Positions 61,910-64,000 of a stretch of DNA of 64,000 nt are shown here, in pieces. Both the position numbers and the translations under genes were made by a program. The notes under the pieces are model-generated. The model saw only the letters and a list, made by a program, of their open reading frames with translations. It ran no database searches and had not been told where the DNA came from. Within the stretch, counting starts at the first letter, position 1, and each line of letters opens with the position of its first letter. The stretch comes from the human T2T-CHM13v2.0 reference genome, Homo sapiens: assembly GCF_009914755.1 (NCBI RefSeq), contig NC_060925.1. One strand, 5' to 3'.

Positions 61910-64000
61910 GCCGCAGCACCTGCTGGATCACTGAGTGCCCCTGTCAGTCCCTGACTGCCCCTGACTATCCCTGACCACCTCTGACAAGTCCTGTGAGATC
62001 CCCTGTCTACTTGTGGGGAAGGTAAAGTGGGAAGGAAGATCTTGGACCCCAGTGTCCAGAATTGATTGATTGTGCAGGATCCACCTGGGGAAATAGCAAG
62101 AGGAAAGCTTCGTGAGCTGTCCATAGTAATGGCCATGCACACACCCACATTCCCCTGTCCATATCACTCAAAAATATTCAACAAACACCTACTATGTGCC
62201 AGGCAGTATGCCAGATGGGGGGCACAGCTGTATAGAAACAGAAATGAACTGTGACTTTAGGAATTTATAGTCTAATTTACTGAATGTTCAAAACATGTGG
62301 CTGCTTTTATTATTACCTGGATTTCAGTAATGAGAAAATGATTACAGAGGAGTAGAAACTTCTGTTAAAAATAAAACACCCACTGAGAGTCAAAGATGGA
62401 TTAGACTCTTTCTCTACTCCAATACTCCCTGTCCCAGGTGCCTCTGAAATATTACCTGGGGCTGGCCCTGTCCACCCTTCAGTCATCGCCCAAGGTGATG
62501 GTGCTGGTGGATGGAGCACTGGACTTGGACTCAGGAGCCTCAAGCCTCAGGCTCACTATATATGTTGATAGAAACTTAAAGTCTCTGAGCCTCAATTTTT
62601 TTCTGTTGTAAGGTGGGAGCATAATCTTTATGCTACGTACCTAATAGATTTAAGTCATTCTTTCATTCAGCAAATGTTTCTTGAGCTCATAATTTAGAGG
62701 CTAAAGGCAGAAAACTAAAACTGTTCAATAAAATATCATAAGGCTTTACTAGGGAAGTGAAATATCCATCCAGGAAAGGAAAAATCTAAAAAGGAAGAAT
62801 GAGGTCTTGAAGAGTAATAGGAGTTAACCGGGTAGAGAGTCCTAGGTAGAGGGACAAGCACCGAGAAAATCATGGAGATCACAGATAGAGGAGCAAGGGA
62901 TGGGACATTTTATCTTCAAGTTCTGCACTCTCACTTTTTTCATGATTTATTTTCTCTAAGATCAAATTCAATGTCCAGAGTTCAGAGAGTAAGACACAAC
63001 AGATATTTCTTGAAAAATTCCTCGGAAGTTTTAGAAGCCAGCTCTCACTGGGATCACAAGTTTCCTCCTGACCTGCTCTTTCACCCACCTTAAGTCTTAC
63101 TCCCATCACTTTCCCCTTTGTGCCCCTGCCTTGTGACAAGAAATTCATTATAAAACTCATAGGGCCAGAGTTCTTTTCATTCTCCTCTAAGTCCTGGATG
63201 CCATGCAAAACCAACGGCAGAAGGCCATGCAACAACGTACACCCCATTTCAGCTGCCTTTCGTTTAGTTCTGTTGCTCCTTTTCCTCACTACATCATCCG
63301 GACACTGACACTTTTCATGCTGGGCTCAGCACCTGGTTTTTATTCACCCCCTGAGATACAGCAGCAGAAAGAGGTGTAGAGTCATAGTGCCTGTCTGTGA
63401 AACCTGGTTTTGGCTGTTTCTGTCTTTGGGTACTCATTTCTTAAAACAGTTGAGTTCATAATGTGGTAATATACAACATGTAGCGGGCACTGGCTATGTT
63501 CTAGGCATTGAACAAACAACTTTACATACTTTCTATCACAACAACTCTACGAAACTGTTTCTTAAAAAGAAATCTGATATTGTACATATAGAAACTAAGG
63601 CATGAAGAGGGCAGCTGCAACACTAGTGTCCCCCTGTTGGTAAGAGGTACAGCCAGGATTCTAACCCAGGCAGTCTGGCTCAGGAGACTTTGCTGTTCAC
63701 CATCCATGTAAAGGAGATAATGATTAGGTTGAGCATCCAGGCCAGGTGGCAGCTCCTAAACATTCCAGGTGACATTTCATGTTTGCCATGTTTCTTCCAG
63801 TGTTTCCAAGTAGCAGGATGAGGTGTCAGGTTATCAACTACACATATTGACATAAATGCAAGCAAGCCTCTCTATTCGGGGTGGTTTCTGTGTGAAAGTG
63901 AATGGCAAAACTTGGGGCTAGGAGTAACATAGTCATTGAAAATGATGTTTATGGAGAATGTTTAATGATATGAATAAGAGTATAACAAAGCAATAAAAGC
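61910..64000 (-). other. Ancient duplicate of the CYP4A11 promoter and upstream region
   Basis: 61910-62290 aligns with 8843-9195; about 62605-64000 aligns with about 15530-17019 (e.g. GTTGGTAAGAGGTACAGCCAGGATT and GATGTTTATGGAGAATGTTTAATGATATGA identical). Confidence 0.9.

Overview
Eukaryotic (human-like) genomic DNA from the CYP4A/4B/4X/4Z cytochrome P450 cluster (1p33 by recall). Bases 170-8842 carry coding exons 1-11 of CYP4A11 on the minus strand, all with GT-AG boundaries and an intact frame; exon 12 lies left of the window. The remaining 55 kb is dominated by transposons: nested L1s, Alus including an AluYa5, and a 7-kb L1-processed HERV-W copy with a second 1.5-kb HERV-W fragment nearby. 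Several P450 fossils are embedded in it. (i) Two consecutive frameshifted exons resemble CYP4B1 exons 2-3 on the plus strand (28803-29167); I do not recall these being annotated. (ii) A CYP4A last exon with 3'UTR, intron 11 and a 17-bp exon-11 stub (35085-37933). (iii) A CYP4A exon 1 with promoter and upstream region (61780-64000). Pieces (ii) and (iii) look like the two ends of one gutted CYP4A paralog, and with (i) they suggest an old duplication of a CYP4B(+)/CYP4A(-) unit. Comparing the fossil promoter with CYP4A11 shows that about 6 kb of mostly transposon sequence separates an ancestral proximal block containing a PPAR-type DR1 array from the CYP4A11 start. Nearly all entries in the ORF track are exon fragments, decayed L1/HERV frames or noise. 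Reference protein sequences, repeat subfamilies and pseudogene symbols are from memory and need database confirmation.
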